Positions 49,986-58,580 of a stretch of 64,000 bases of DNA are shown here, one piece after another. The DNA is taken from IMG/VR virus record IMGVR_UViG_3300020045_007777, positions 37,741 to 101,740 of that record. One strand, given 5' to 3'. The notes under the pieces are model-generated. The model ran no database searches and was not told the DNA's origin. It saw nothing but the letters and a program-made list of their open reading frames with translations. The stretch comes from a virus. Lineage: Duplodnaviria; Heunggongvirae; Uroviricota; Caudoviricetes; Crassvirales. Position 1 is the first letter of the stretch. Each line of letters starts with the position of its first letter. The position numbers were made by a program, and so were the translations under genes.

Positions 49986-50015
49986 AAACTCCATAATTAA
50001 TTTTATGGAGTTTTT
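49986..50015 (+). terminator. Rho-independent terminator (11-bp perfect stem)
   Basis: AAACTCCATAA-TTAATT-TTATGGAGTTT followed by TT, just upstream of the polymerase gene. Confidence 0.5.
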
Positions 50016-50034
50016 AAATGACTTTTGATTATAA

Positions 50035-52041
50035 ATGAATAAAACAGTATGGATATATGACTTAGAAACTTATCCAAATATGTTCTTAGCAACTTTTAAG
50101 AATGTTAAAACAGGAGAATGGAGAGAATTTGAAATAAGTGATAGAATTAATGAACTTAATGAATTACGTCAATTTCTTTATAATGAAGTAGGAGGTTTAA
50201 TAGGTTTTAATGTTGTTAATTTTGATTATCCAGTATTACATCATACTGTATTAAAAAATAACCAACCATTAACTTCTTATAATATTTATAAAGAAGTAGA
50301 AAGAATTATTAATACTAAATATTCTAGTGTATGGGATAATCAAGTTATTATTCCACAATTAGATTTATTTAGAATATGGCATTATGATAATAAAAATAAA
50401 TCTACTAGTCTTAAATGGTTAGAATTTGCTATGCGAATGGAAAATGTACAAGAATTACCTTATAAAGTAGGTAGTATTCTTACATTTGATCAAATGGATG
50501 AGATTAAAAAATATTGTCGTAATGATATTAATGCAACTGAAATGTTTTATAAGAAAAGTCTAAAGCATATTGCTATTAGAGATTTTTATACAAAACAAGA
50601 AGGTATTAATATGATGAATGCTTCAGAGATTAGAATGTCTAAAGATATTTTTGGTAAATATTTATCTGAAGAAATGAATATAGAACAGAAGTTATTAAAT
50701 AAAATGCGTACTGATAGAGATTTAGTTAATATAAATGAAGTAATATTTGATTATATTAAATTTAAAGATCCTATTAATATAGATATTTTAAATAAATTTA
50801 ATAACTCAGTATGGTATGAAGAAAGAGATGCTGAAGAAGGTATTAAATTTCAAGTACCATATAAAAATGTAATTAGAGATTATGCAGAAGGTGGATTACA
50901 TTCTTTTGGTAAACCAGGTATATATGAAAGTGATGATGAATGGCTATTAGTAGATGTTGATTATGCTAGTTATTATCCTCATTTATCATTTAGAAATAAA
51001 TTACATCCTGCACATATACCTGAACAAGTATTTAGTAGAATATATGAAGGATTTTATAAAGATAGAAAGAAATATGATAAAAAAGATCCTAGAAACTATG
51101 TATTAAAAATTATTTTAAATGGTAGTTATGGATTAAGTAAAGATAAATTTTCATTTCTATATGATCCTAAATGGCAACTTGCAATTTGTATTAATGGTCA
51201 ATTAATATTAACATTATTAACTGAAAGAATAATGGAATATGTACCAGAAGCAACTATTATATTTGAAAATACTGATGGTGCTATGTATAGAATTAAAAGA
51301 AGTTCTTATGAACAATTACAAAAAGCTTGTAATGAAATAGCTGATATTGTTAATATACCATTAGAAACACAAGAATGTGAAAAAATTATTATTAGAGATG
51401 TAAATAATTATATTAATGTTATTTCTAAATCTAATATTAAATTTAAAGGTGTATTTGAAATTGATAGAGATTATCATAAAAATCATTCAAAAAGAATTAA
51501 TACAATAGCATTAGGTGAATATTTTATTAATAATATTCCTATAGAACATACTATTTTAAATCATTTAAAAGGTAATTCTACAAGTATTATTAAAGAATGG
51601 GATTATGAAAATGATGAACCTATATTTTATGAACATCATGGAATATATGATTATTGTATTGGTGCTAAAATGAAAGGTGGAAATGAATTGTATAAAAGAA
51701 CAATTCAAAATTTTAAAGTTGTAGATGAAGAAATTGGTAAAATGAATAGATATTTTATATCCAACAGTGGATATGAATTAATTAAGAAATTACCACCAAT
51801 GGAAAAAAATTATTTAACTGCAACTGATAAATATAAATTAAAAATTGATAATTCACAAATGAATATATTTGATATTATTGATGATATTAAAATAGAACCT
51901 GAAGATAGAGAAGAAAATCTTGAAGCTGGTTATAAATGTGAATTATTTAATATATATGAAGATAGAAAATATGATATTAATTATAAATATTATATTGATG
52001 ATTGTAATAAAATTATTAACATTATAGAAAATAATGGATGA
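50035..52041 (+). CDS. Family B DNA polymerase (compact, 668 aa)
   Basis: Exo I YDLET, Exo II NFDYPVL, Exo III YCRND. Polymerase motif A DVDYASYYPHLSF, motif B KIILNGSYG, motif C-like ENTDGAMY. Confidence 0.8.
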   Translation: MNKTVWIYDLETYPNMFLATFKNVKTGEWREFEISDRINELNELRQFLYNEVGGLIGFNVVNFDYPVLHHTVLKNNQPLTSYNIYKEVERIINTKYSSVWDNQVIIPQLDLFRIWHYDNKNKSTSLKWLEFAMRMENVQELPYKVGSILTFDQMDEIKKYCRNDINATEMFYKKSLKHIAIRDFYTKQEGINMMNASEIRMSKDIFGKYLSEEMNIEQKLLNKMRTDRDLVNINEVIFDYIKFKDPINIDILNKFNNSVWYEERDAEEGIKFQVPYKNVIRDYAEGGLHSFGKPGIYESDDEWLLVDVDYASYYPHLSFRNKLHPAHIPEQVFSRIYEGFYKDRKKYDKKDPRNYVLKIILNGSYGLSKDKFSFLYDPKWQLAICINGQLILTLLTERIMEYVPEATIIFENTDGAMYRIKRSSYEQLQKACNEIADIVNIPLETQECEKIIIRDVNNYINVISKSNIKFKGVFEIDRDYHKNHSKRINTIALGEYFINNIPIEHTILNHLKGNSTSIIKEWDYENDEPIFYEHHGIYDYCIGAKMKGGNELYKRTIQNFKVVDEEIGKMNRYFISNSGYELIKKLPPMEKNYLTATDKYKLKIDNSQMNIFDIIDDIKIEPEDREENLEAGYKCELFNIYEDRKYDINYKYYIDDCNKIINIIENNG

Positions 52042-52133
52042 TAAATTAGAAAAAAAGTTTTATACAGAATTAGTTTCTGAATCATATAAAACAACAGATA
52101 TTAATAAAATATCTGAAAAAATTAAAAAGAGTA

Positions 52134-52358
52134 TTAATGTAAATATAACCAGAATTCCTCAAATTTATGTTGATTATTTTGTATTTTCTTAATTTCGGGT
52201 TTATGTGTTGTTTCAGGTTTTTCAGGAGTTTTCTTGTCTATAAATCTTTGAATTAAAGTACTACCACCTTCTCTTAAATGAAACGTTAATGCTCCATTTT
52301 CATTAGTGATAACTTTAATCATTCTTTTGGATTCTAGATCTAAATATGTATTTAACAT
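52134..52358 (-). CDS. Hypothetical antisense ORF between the polymerase and helicase genes (doubtful)
   Basis: 74-aa ORF antisense to the local operon. It lies in the gap that separates the helicase Walker A region from an upstream in-frame short ORF. Confidence 0.3.
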   Translation of the reverse strand: MLNTYLDLESKRMIKVITNENGALTFHLREGGSTLIQRFIDKKTPEKPETTHKPEIKKIQNNQHKFEEFWLYLH

Positions 52359-52515
52359 ATCAGAATCATAAACAATCTTTCTTGTATTATTTTCATAACT
52401 ATATAATTTATATAAAGCTAATATTTCATCAAAAGATAATCCAGGTATTGAAAAAAGTAAATATTATATATTAACTGCTTCTAGTAAAGTAGGTAAAACT
52501 CAAATTACAGATTTT

Positions 52516-53427
52516 ATGTTTGTATATAATGCATTTAGACAAATTAAAGAAAGAAATTTACCTATAAAACTTGTAATTAAATATTTTTCATTAGAGATGT
52601 CTAAAGAAGAAAAAGTAGTTCAATTTTTATCAAATTTATTATTTATAAAAACTGATGGAAAAATTATTATATCACCTACAAATTTAAGAAGTACTCGTAA
52701 AGCTGTTGATGATGGTATATTAAAACATTTACAATCTGAAAAAAAATATATTGATGAATTTTTATCATGTGTTGAATTTATAGATAATATTAGAAATCCA
52801 TTTGGTATTTTTAATTTCATGCGTGAATATGCTTTAAATAATGGTGTTCAACATAAAAAAGTTATTAGTATTAATGGTGTACCAACAGAAGTTGATGATT
52901 ACTATGAAGAAACTGATCCTGAAGAATATGTAATACCAATTGTAGATCATGCTAAATTATTATCACCTGAAAAAGGTGGAACTATTGGACAAGCTATTGG
53001 AGATTTATCAAGTAGATATTTTATTCAATTAAGAAATAAATATTTTCAATCTCCTGTTTTAATACAACAACAAGCTGCTGCTCAAGAATCTGTAGATAAT
53101 ATGAAAGCAAATAGACTTAGACCAACATTAGATGGTTTAGGTGAGAATAAAACAACTCAACAGGATGCAAATGTTATATTTGGATTATTTAGTCCTTTTA
53201 GACATCATATTCCTGAATATGAAGGATATGATATTAAATTTTTTAAAGATAATATTAGATTCTTAGAAATATTAGGTGGAAGAGAAGGTGGTGCTGGTAC
53301 TATTGCTGCATTATATTTTAATGGTGCTGTAAATTATTTTAAAGAATTACCATCACCTAATGATCAAAATGGAATTGAAATAACAAAAAAAGTTGTATTA
53401 AACAATAGACAAAATGAATGGAAATAA
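52516..53427 (+). CDS. DnaB-like replicative helicase (RecA-fold domain); annotated ATG start probably not the true N-terminus
   Basis: H1a FSLEMS, Walker-B-like IPIVDHAKLL, and IFGLFSPF. The Walker A ILTASSKVGKT is encoded in-frame upstream at 52462-52494. The open frame begins at 52399 with no ATG before 52516. Confidence 0.65.
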   Translation: MFVYNAFRQIKERNLPIKLVIKYFSLEMSKEEKVVQFLSNLLFIKTDGKIIISPTNLRSTRKAVDDGILKHLQSEKKYIDEFLSCVEFIDNIRNPFGIFNFMREYALNNGVQHKKVISINGVPTEVDDYYEETDPEEYVIPIVDHAKLLSPEKGGTIGQAIGDLSSRYFIQLRNKYFQSPVLIQQQAAAQESVDNMKANRLRPTLDGLGENKTTQQDANVIFGLFSPFRHHIPEYEGYDIKFFKDNIRFLEILGGREGGAGTIAALYFNGAVNYFKELPSPNDQNGIEITKKVVLNNRQNEWK

Positions 53428-53674
53428 TGAAAATAGAATAGGAATTAGTAGTTCACCACATGAATTTACTAAAGTTTTTAAAGGTCAATATAATGGAATT
53501 AGATTTCTATTAATGCATAATAAACTTTATGAAAATGATTATGGAGAAACTGATTATTCTATAGAAATAACTTGGTTAGATTTTCTTGATGAAGAACGCC
53601 AATTAGTTGTTAATCAAGCTATTATTAAATTATTTAATAATAAAGTTGAACAAAAAGTAATTATAAAAGATTAA
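53414..53674 (+). CDS. Small hypothetical protein
   Basis: 86-aa ORF. Confidence 0.45.
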   Translation: MNGNNENRIGISSSPHEFTKVFKGQYNGIRFLLMHNKLYENDYGETDYSIEITWLDFLDEERQLVVNQAIIKLFNNKVEQKVIIKD

Positions 53675-53684
53675 AACTGAATAA

Positions 53685-54134
53685 ATGAAACATAGAATAA
53701 CTATAAATAAACTTAATTATTGGAGAAATGGAAATGGTATTACAAATAAATGTTTGAATTTAAAATATTATATTAATAATACTTTATCTACAGAAATTAA
53801 TGTACAACATAATGATGAAATAACAATATTTAGCAAAACTGAAACTTATGTTAAAAATTCTGTATTTTATTTTAATGACAATAAATATAATAATAATTTT
53901 ATTTATAAAATATTCTATGAATCAGGATTTGGTATTAATCGCAGAAGATTAGATTTAGGTAGAAGAAAGTTTAAATATAAAAATTGTAGATCATGTGTAA
54001 TACCTGAAAAAGCTTTTGAATTATTACAAAGTAATGATGATCTTATTAAAAATATAGGACTTGAATTAATATCATTAAAAATATGTGAACATCTTAAATT
54101 AAATAAATTATATGATCTCATTGAATACATCTAA
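53685..54134 (+). CDS. Small-protein family member B1
   Basis: C-terminal FELLQSNDDLIKNIGLELISLKI. Confidence 0.5.
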   Translation: MKHRITINKLNYWRNGNGITNKCLNLKYYINNTLSTEINVQHNDEITIFSKTETYVKNSVFYFNDNKYNNNFIYKIFYESGFGINRRRLDLGRRKFKYKNCRSCVIPEKAFELLQSNDDLIKNIGLELISLKICEHLKLNKLYDLIEYI

Positions 54135-54471
54135 GAAATATCTTTGTAGATTTGTTATGAATAATAGTTTAGAATATAATACTATATTTTTAAAAATTTA
54201 TTTTAAAGGTAGTTATTATTATATTGTATGGAAAAGAGATATGAAAAAATGGTCTATGACTAATTCTAATACTTTTAGTAAAATAAATAAAAAAGTTTAT
54301 ATAAGAAATTATCAATCATTGCATACATTAAATTTAAATTATAAATTAAGTGTTGTAGAATTAGGAGATAATTTTTTTGATATGATACAATCTGATGATA
54401 CATATACTAGACAAATAGCTAGAGTTATTATATCTAATCAATTAGAAAATAATAAAGAAATTAAATTATGA
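54112..54471 (+). CDS. Small-protein family member B2
   Basis: C-terminal FDMIQSDDTYTRQIARVIISNQL. Confidence 0.5.
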   Translation: MISLNTSKKYLCRFVMNNSLEYNTIFLKIYFKGSYYYIVWKRDMKKWSMTNSNTFSKINKKVYIRNYQSLHTLNLNYKLSVVELGDNFFDMIQSDDTYTRQIARVIISNQLENNKEIKL

Positions 54472-54761
54472 ATTGTTATATAAGTTTAGTTGAAGAAAAA
54501 GAACAAAGTTTTTATGCTAATAGAATAAGATATAAATTTTATAAAATATTTTATAAAAATAATTATTATTATATAAATATTAATTCTAATAAAATAACTA
54601 TTCATAAATATTCATCTGAAATTCAAAATTTAAATCTCATTAAAAGATGGGGAAAAGTAAATTTAGAAGAAGGTATAATTAATTTATTAGAAAATTCTTC
54701 ATTAGAAGAAGATAGAATATTATTCTTAGAATTATTAAAAATTAAATTGAATGACATATAA
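54468..54761 (+). CDS. Small-protein family member B3
   Basis: C-terminal INLLENSSLEEDRILFLELLKIKL. Confidence 0.5.
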   Translation: MNCYISLVEEKEQSFYANRIRYKFYKIFYKNNYYYININSNKITIHKYSSEIQNLNLIKRWGKVNLEEGIINLLENSSLEEDRILFLELLKIKLNDI

Positions 54762-55056
54762 TTATATACAAACAATTAGAAATAATGATATTAAAGTATT
54801 TGAAATATGTATTCAATTAGCAAAATTTAGTTATTGTATAATTATATTATATGATGAAATATTAGATATTGATAATAGAAGATTTCAAATACAATTTCAG
54901 GATAGAATGCCTTGGTATATAGATTTAGAAAGATTCAGTCGAGTTGAAGGTTCTGTAGAAATTAATGATAATATATTTGAATTATTAAAATCAAAAGATA
55001 AATTAACACAAATTTTAGGAATAGAATTATTTAAGCAAACTATAAATTATGAGTGA
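54751..55056 (+). CDS. Small-protein family member B4
   Basis: C-terminal FELLKSKDKLTQILGIELFKQTI. Confidence 0.5.
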   Translation: MTYNYIQTIRNNDIKVFEICIQLAKFSYCIIILYDEILDIDNRRFQIQFQDRMPWYIDLERFSRVEGSVEINDNIFELLKSKDKLTQILGIELFKQTINYE

Positions 55057-55549
55057 AATATGGAAAGATATATTAAATTATAATGGTATATATCAAATTA
55101 GTAATATTGGTAGAGTTAAAAGTTATAAAAATAATAAAATAACAATACTTAAAAATTATACTAATAATAAAGGTTATCCTGAAGTAAATTTAAAATATAA
55201 TTCTAAGAAAAAACATTTAATGATTCATAGATTAATTGCTATTTATTTTATTGATAATCCTGAAAATTTACCAGAAGTTAATCATAAAGATGGTAATAAA
55301 TTAAATTATAAAATAAATAACTTAGAATGGTGTACACATGCTGAAAATATTCAACATGCATATGACACTGGATTACAAAAATTACAATTAGGTGAAAAAA
55401 ATTCATCAGCAAAACTTACAGAACAACAAGTTTTAGATATAAGAAAAATAGATAAATCAATTAGTTCTGCTATAATTGCAAAACAATATAATATGGGTAA
55501 AACTGCAATTAAATCTATACGAGCAAGAAAAACCTGGAAACACATTTAA
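55049..55549 (+). CDS. HNH homing endonuclease (NUMOD4 + HNH_3 architecture)
   Basis: WKDILNYNGIYQISNIGRVKS is the NUMOD4-like part. EVNHKDGNKLNYKINNLEWCTHAEN is the HNH part. Confidence 0.8.
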   Translation: MSEIWKDILNYNGIYQISNIGRVKSYKNNKITILKNYTNNKGYPEVNLKYNSKKKHLMIHRLIAIYFIDNPENLPEVNHKDGNKLNYKINNLEWCTHAENIQHAYDTGLQKLQLGEKNSSAKLTEQQVLDIRKIDKSISSAIIAKQYNMGKTAIKSIRARKTWKHI

Positions 55550-55560
55550 AATTAATAAAT

Positions 55561-56520
55561 ATGAAAAATAAGATCATCCTTTGTGGAAAACATGGTAGAC
55601 CTTCAACGAGAGAAGTTTATGCTTCTATGAATTCTGGAATTTTAGTACAGAGAAGACAAATTTTTAGTAAAACAAGACAATTACTAAGACAATATTATAG
55701 AGTATTTAGAAATAATGACTCTAAAACAATGTATAAAGAACCTACTATTAGTACTTTAGGTGCTATTATAGTTCGTTGGGGAACTAGAGAAGAAATTGAA
55801 ACTGATAAAACATCTATTGTTTATAATCAGAGTAAAGCTATTGCTATTGCAACAGATAAAAGACAATCTAGAGAAACTTTTATTGCAAATAATGTAAGTA
55901 CACCAGTATTGGTTACTCCACAAAATTTTCAAGATAGTTATCTACCAATAATTGCTCGACCATTAGTTCATTCTAAAGGTAAAAACTTTGTTACTCTAGC
56001 AACTAGAGCAGCATTTGTAGAGCATTATACAAGAAATAACCAAGGTTGGTATTATTCTCAATTCATTAATAAAGAAAGAGAATTTAGAATTCATTGTGCA
56101 CACAGTAAAGTGTTAGCTGTAATGGAAAAGTCTAATCCTAATAATGGAAATATTGCTTGGAATAGAGCTCAAAATGATACTGAACCATTTGAATATGTTA
56201 AATGGTCACAAGTTGATGATGAGAATTTAAAATGTGTATTAGAAGAAGCTTTAAAAGCTACTGCTGCTATTGGACTAGATATGAGTGGAGTAGATGTTAT
56301 GTTATGTGGAGGTACAGCTTATGTACTAGAGGTTAATACTGCTCCCACTTTAAACACATCACCATATGTAGCTTCAAGATGGGGAATGTATTTTGATTGG
56401 TTATTTAGAGTTGATACAAGACGTGAACATTGGGACTTTTCAGAATTTAAAAAAGGTTCTAGTATGATATGGAAGAATTTTCAATTAACTGAAACTAAAG
56501 AAGTTAAAGAAACAGTTTAA
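55561..56520 (+). CDS. ATP-grasp fold enzyme (RimK-like ligase)
   Basis: IIARPLVHSKGKNFV...YYSQFINKEREFRIHC...GVDVMLCGGTAYVLEVNTAP matches the ATP-grasp K-loop / Q-E-x-I / E-x-N pattern. Confidence 0.5.
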   Translation: MKNKIILCGKHGRPSTREVYASMNSGILVQRRQIFSKTRQLLRQYYRVFRNNDSKTMYKEPTISTLGAIIVRWGTREEIETDKTSIVYNQSKAIAIATDKRQSRETFIANNVSTPVLVTPQNFQDSYLPIIARPLVHSKGKNFVTLATRAAFVEHYTRNNQGWYYSQFINKEREFRIHCAHSKVLAVMEKSNPNNGNIAWNRAQNDTEPFEYVKWSQVDDENLKCVLEEALKATAAIGLDMSGVDVMLCGGTAYVLEVNTAPTLNTSPYVASRWGMYFDWLFRVDTRREHWDFSEFKKGSSMIWKNFQLTETKEVKETV

Positions 56521-56521
56521 T

Positions 56522-56884
56522 ATGAATAATTATAGAGCTGGAAGTGAATTATATAGAGCTTTTGTATATATTTATAGAACACCTATAACAAATACTATTA
56601 TTTATAGTAGATTTGCTATTAATAAATTAGATATAAACTTACAATATGATCATAATAAAAAAACTTATAAAACAGAGAAGTGGGGTTTAAATGAAAATAC
56701 TATTTTAAAAAATATAAAATCACATCAAGATAATAAAACAGAATGTCATTGGATTGAAATAAATCATTTTAAACTTGAAAATAGAGTTATTGATTTAATT
56801 AGATGTGAAGATGAAAATTCTAGAATTGTAGGTTATGAAATATTAAGATTAAAAATAGAAGAACTAAATTTAGTAAAAAAATGA
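56522..56884 (+). CDS. Small-protein family member B5
   Basis: C-terminal IDLIRCEDENSRIVGYEILRLKI. Confidence 0.5.
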   Translation: MNNYRAGSELYRAFVYIYRTPITNTIIYSRFAINKLDINLQYDHNKKTYKTEKWGLNENTILKNIKSHQDNKTECHWIEINHFKLENRVIDLIRCEDENSRIVGYEILRLKIEELNLVKK

Positions 56885-57159
56885 AAAGAATAACAATATT
56901 AATCGTCTTATTGATGATATTTATAACTTGTTTATTTGATTGTAAAGAATCAGTTAGTAGTGAAGAATCTACTTATTATGCTAAGTATAAATCAGGTCAA
57001 TTAGTTTATGTTCAAAATGAACCATTTATTATTAAACATCATGATGAAAAAAGAAATACTTATTGGATGTATAAAATTAATTGTACATCACCAAGTTGCG
57101 GATATGATATATCTGAAAAAGAAATAAGTTTAAAACCAACAAATTATGAAAAAAACTAA
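56881..57159 (+). CDS. Small signal-peptide protein
   Basis: MKRITILIVLLMIFITCLF N-terminus. Confidence 0.45.
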   Translation: MKRITILIVLLMIFITCLFDCKESVSSEESTYYAKYKSGQLVYVQNEPFIIKHHDEKRNTYWMYKINCTSPSCGYDISEKEISLKPTNYEKN

Positions 57160-57442
57160 TACAGCATGTTGTGCATTAGCACAATTAAGTGGTTTAGATA
57201 ATGACACTCCTGTTGAAGAAATAATGAGTGAGTTACTTAAACTTAAAGAAGAAAGTGCACAAGAATTTATTCCAGGTGATACATCAGGATTAGGACAAAA
57301 AGCTATTTTTGTAATTACTACTCCTACTGAAGAAAGTTTAGAAAATAAATTAAAAGTGATTGGATTTAAAGAAATTCATCAATTTGAAAGAAGAAATGGT
57401 TATCCTGAAGGATTATTAAAAATGTATATTATAAATATTTAA
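57146..57442 (+). CDS. Hypothetical protein
   Basis: 98-aa ORF. Confidence 0.45.
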   Translation: MKKTNTACCALAQLSGLDNDTPVEEIMSELLKLKEESAQEFIPGDTSGLGQKAIFVITTPTEESLENKLKVIGFKEIHQFERRNGYPEGLLKMYIINI

Positions 57443-57452
57443 ATTAAAGATT

Positions 57453-57785
57453 ATGAACACAGAAAAAGGAATTTTAAAAGTATTATTACAAGGTATTCAA
57501 CCAGGTTTAAAAATGAAAGATTTAGTTGAAATGGATATGGGTGCATTTTCAGAAGAAATTACTGAAGATGATGATTTAAGAATTATTACTAGAACATTTG
57601 TATCAAATGATGAAAGTATGAATAAATCAATTACACTATATATTCCTAAACAACAAAAACCTGATCAAAATGAAATCAATAAGTTCAATGTTGAAATACA
57701 GTCTGCTGTCAGTAAAGAGGACTATCAAAGAGCAGCTCAAATTAGAGATGAGCGAGATAGATATATTCAAAGTAGAAGTATCTGA
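57453..57785 (+). CDS. Hypothetical protein with C-terminal UVR-like motif
   Basis: EDYQRAAQIRDERDRY resembles the UvrB/UvrC UVR motif. Confidence 0.4.
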   Translation: MNTEKGILKVLLQGIQPGLKMKDLVEMDMGAFSEEITEDDDLRIITRTFVSNDESMNKSITLYIPKQQKPDQNEINKFNVEIQSAVSKEDYQRAAQIRDERDRYIQSRSI

Positions 57786-58068
57786 TCAAAACCATCATTT
57801 TTATTCTCAAACTGGTGAAAAAAAAGATACTTATAATTCTAAAATAATTATAATACCTAAATTAGGTATAGATTTATTATATTTACCTAGAGAAAGAGAT
57901 ATTATTCCTAAATTTAATAAATATATTATAAATGCTTATATGCATACAAATAATATTTCTTATTATTACATTAAAATAGAACCTAATATTCAAAAAATGT
58001 TAATAAATGATGATGAATATGGTAAAAGAATTGCTACTCAAGTAATATTAAATAAATTAAAATTATGA
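57670..58068 (+). CDS. Small-protein family member B6 (start uncertain; internal Met at 57748 is more likely)
   Basis: C-terminal KMLINDDEYGKRIATQVILNKL. The first 115 nt overlap the upstream gene. Confidence 0.45.
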   Translation: MKSISSMLKYSLLSVKRTIKEQLKLEMSEIDIFKVEVSDQNHHFYSQTGEKKDTYNSKIIIIPKLGIDLLYLPRERDIIPKFNKYIINAYMHTNNISYYYIKIEPNIQKMLINDDEYGKRIATQVILNKLKL

Positions 58069-58580
58069 AATATTTAGTAACATATCATATTTGGAAAGGT
58101 AATAAAAATGAACCTTATTATAATTTTAAAATATCATGTAATCCATTAAGATTTTATTTTGATAAATGGGAATGTAAACCTGCACCTCAAAATATATATA
58201 ATTCAAAAGTAATTAGTATTGAAATTGAAGATACTTTATTAATGATTATAAATAAATCTAAAGAAAATTATTATGGATTTAATACAATATGGTATAGTGG
58301 TGCTGGTAATAATCAAATGATAAGAAGAAGTGCTCAAGTATTTAAATCTCAATCAACAGATGAAAATTATGTATTAGCCTATGAAATATTAAAAATAAAA
58401 GTGATTGATGCAATTGCAAGACAAAATTCAGAACGACGTAGTAAAAGCTTGGCAGAAAAACGACAAAAAGGGTACAGTAATATTAGCGACGGGCAGCGGA
58501 AAGTCCAAGATATTTATAAATATACTCAAAAAAGAAAAGGGACAATGGTTACTAGTCGTACCAACAGAAAAACTACGTGA
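58065..58580 (+). CDS. Small-protein family member B7 (3' end uncertain)
   Basis: Contains STDENYVLAYEILKIKVID. Its last ~58 codons overlap the helicase gene and are low-complexity basic. Confidence 0.45.
   Translation: MKYLVTYHIWKGNKNEPYYNFKISCNPLRFYFDKWECKPAPQNIYNSKVISIEIEDTLLMIINKSKENYYGFNTIWYSGAGNNQMIRRSAQVFKSQSTDENYVLAYEILKIKVIDAIARQNSERRSKSLAEKRQKGYSNISDGQRKVQDIYKYTQKRKGTMVTSRTNRKTT

Noticed and set aside
50035-52041. Intein or intron within the DNA polymerase
   Set aside because: The ORF is continuous. Motif order and spacing (Exo I-III, A, B, C) are normal for a compact family-B enzyme, with no extra domain between motifs.
52134-52358. Intron-encoded endonuclease between polymerase and helicase
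   Set aside because: The 74-aa product has no nuclease motif. The surrounding sequence is AT-rich with no group I/II core elements. The gap is noted as a possible gene interruption but not called an intron.
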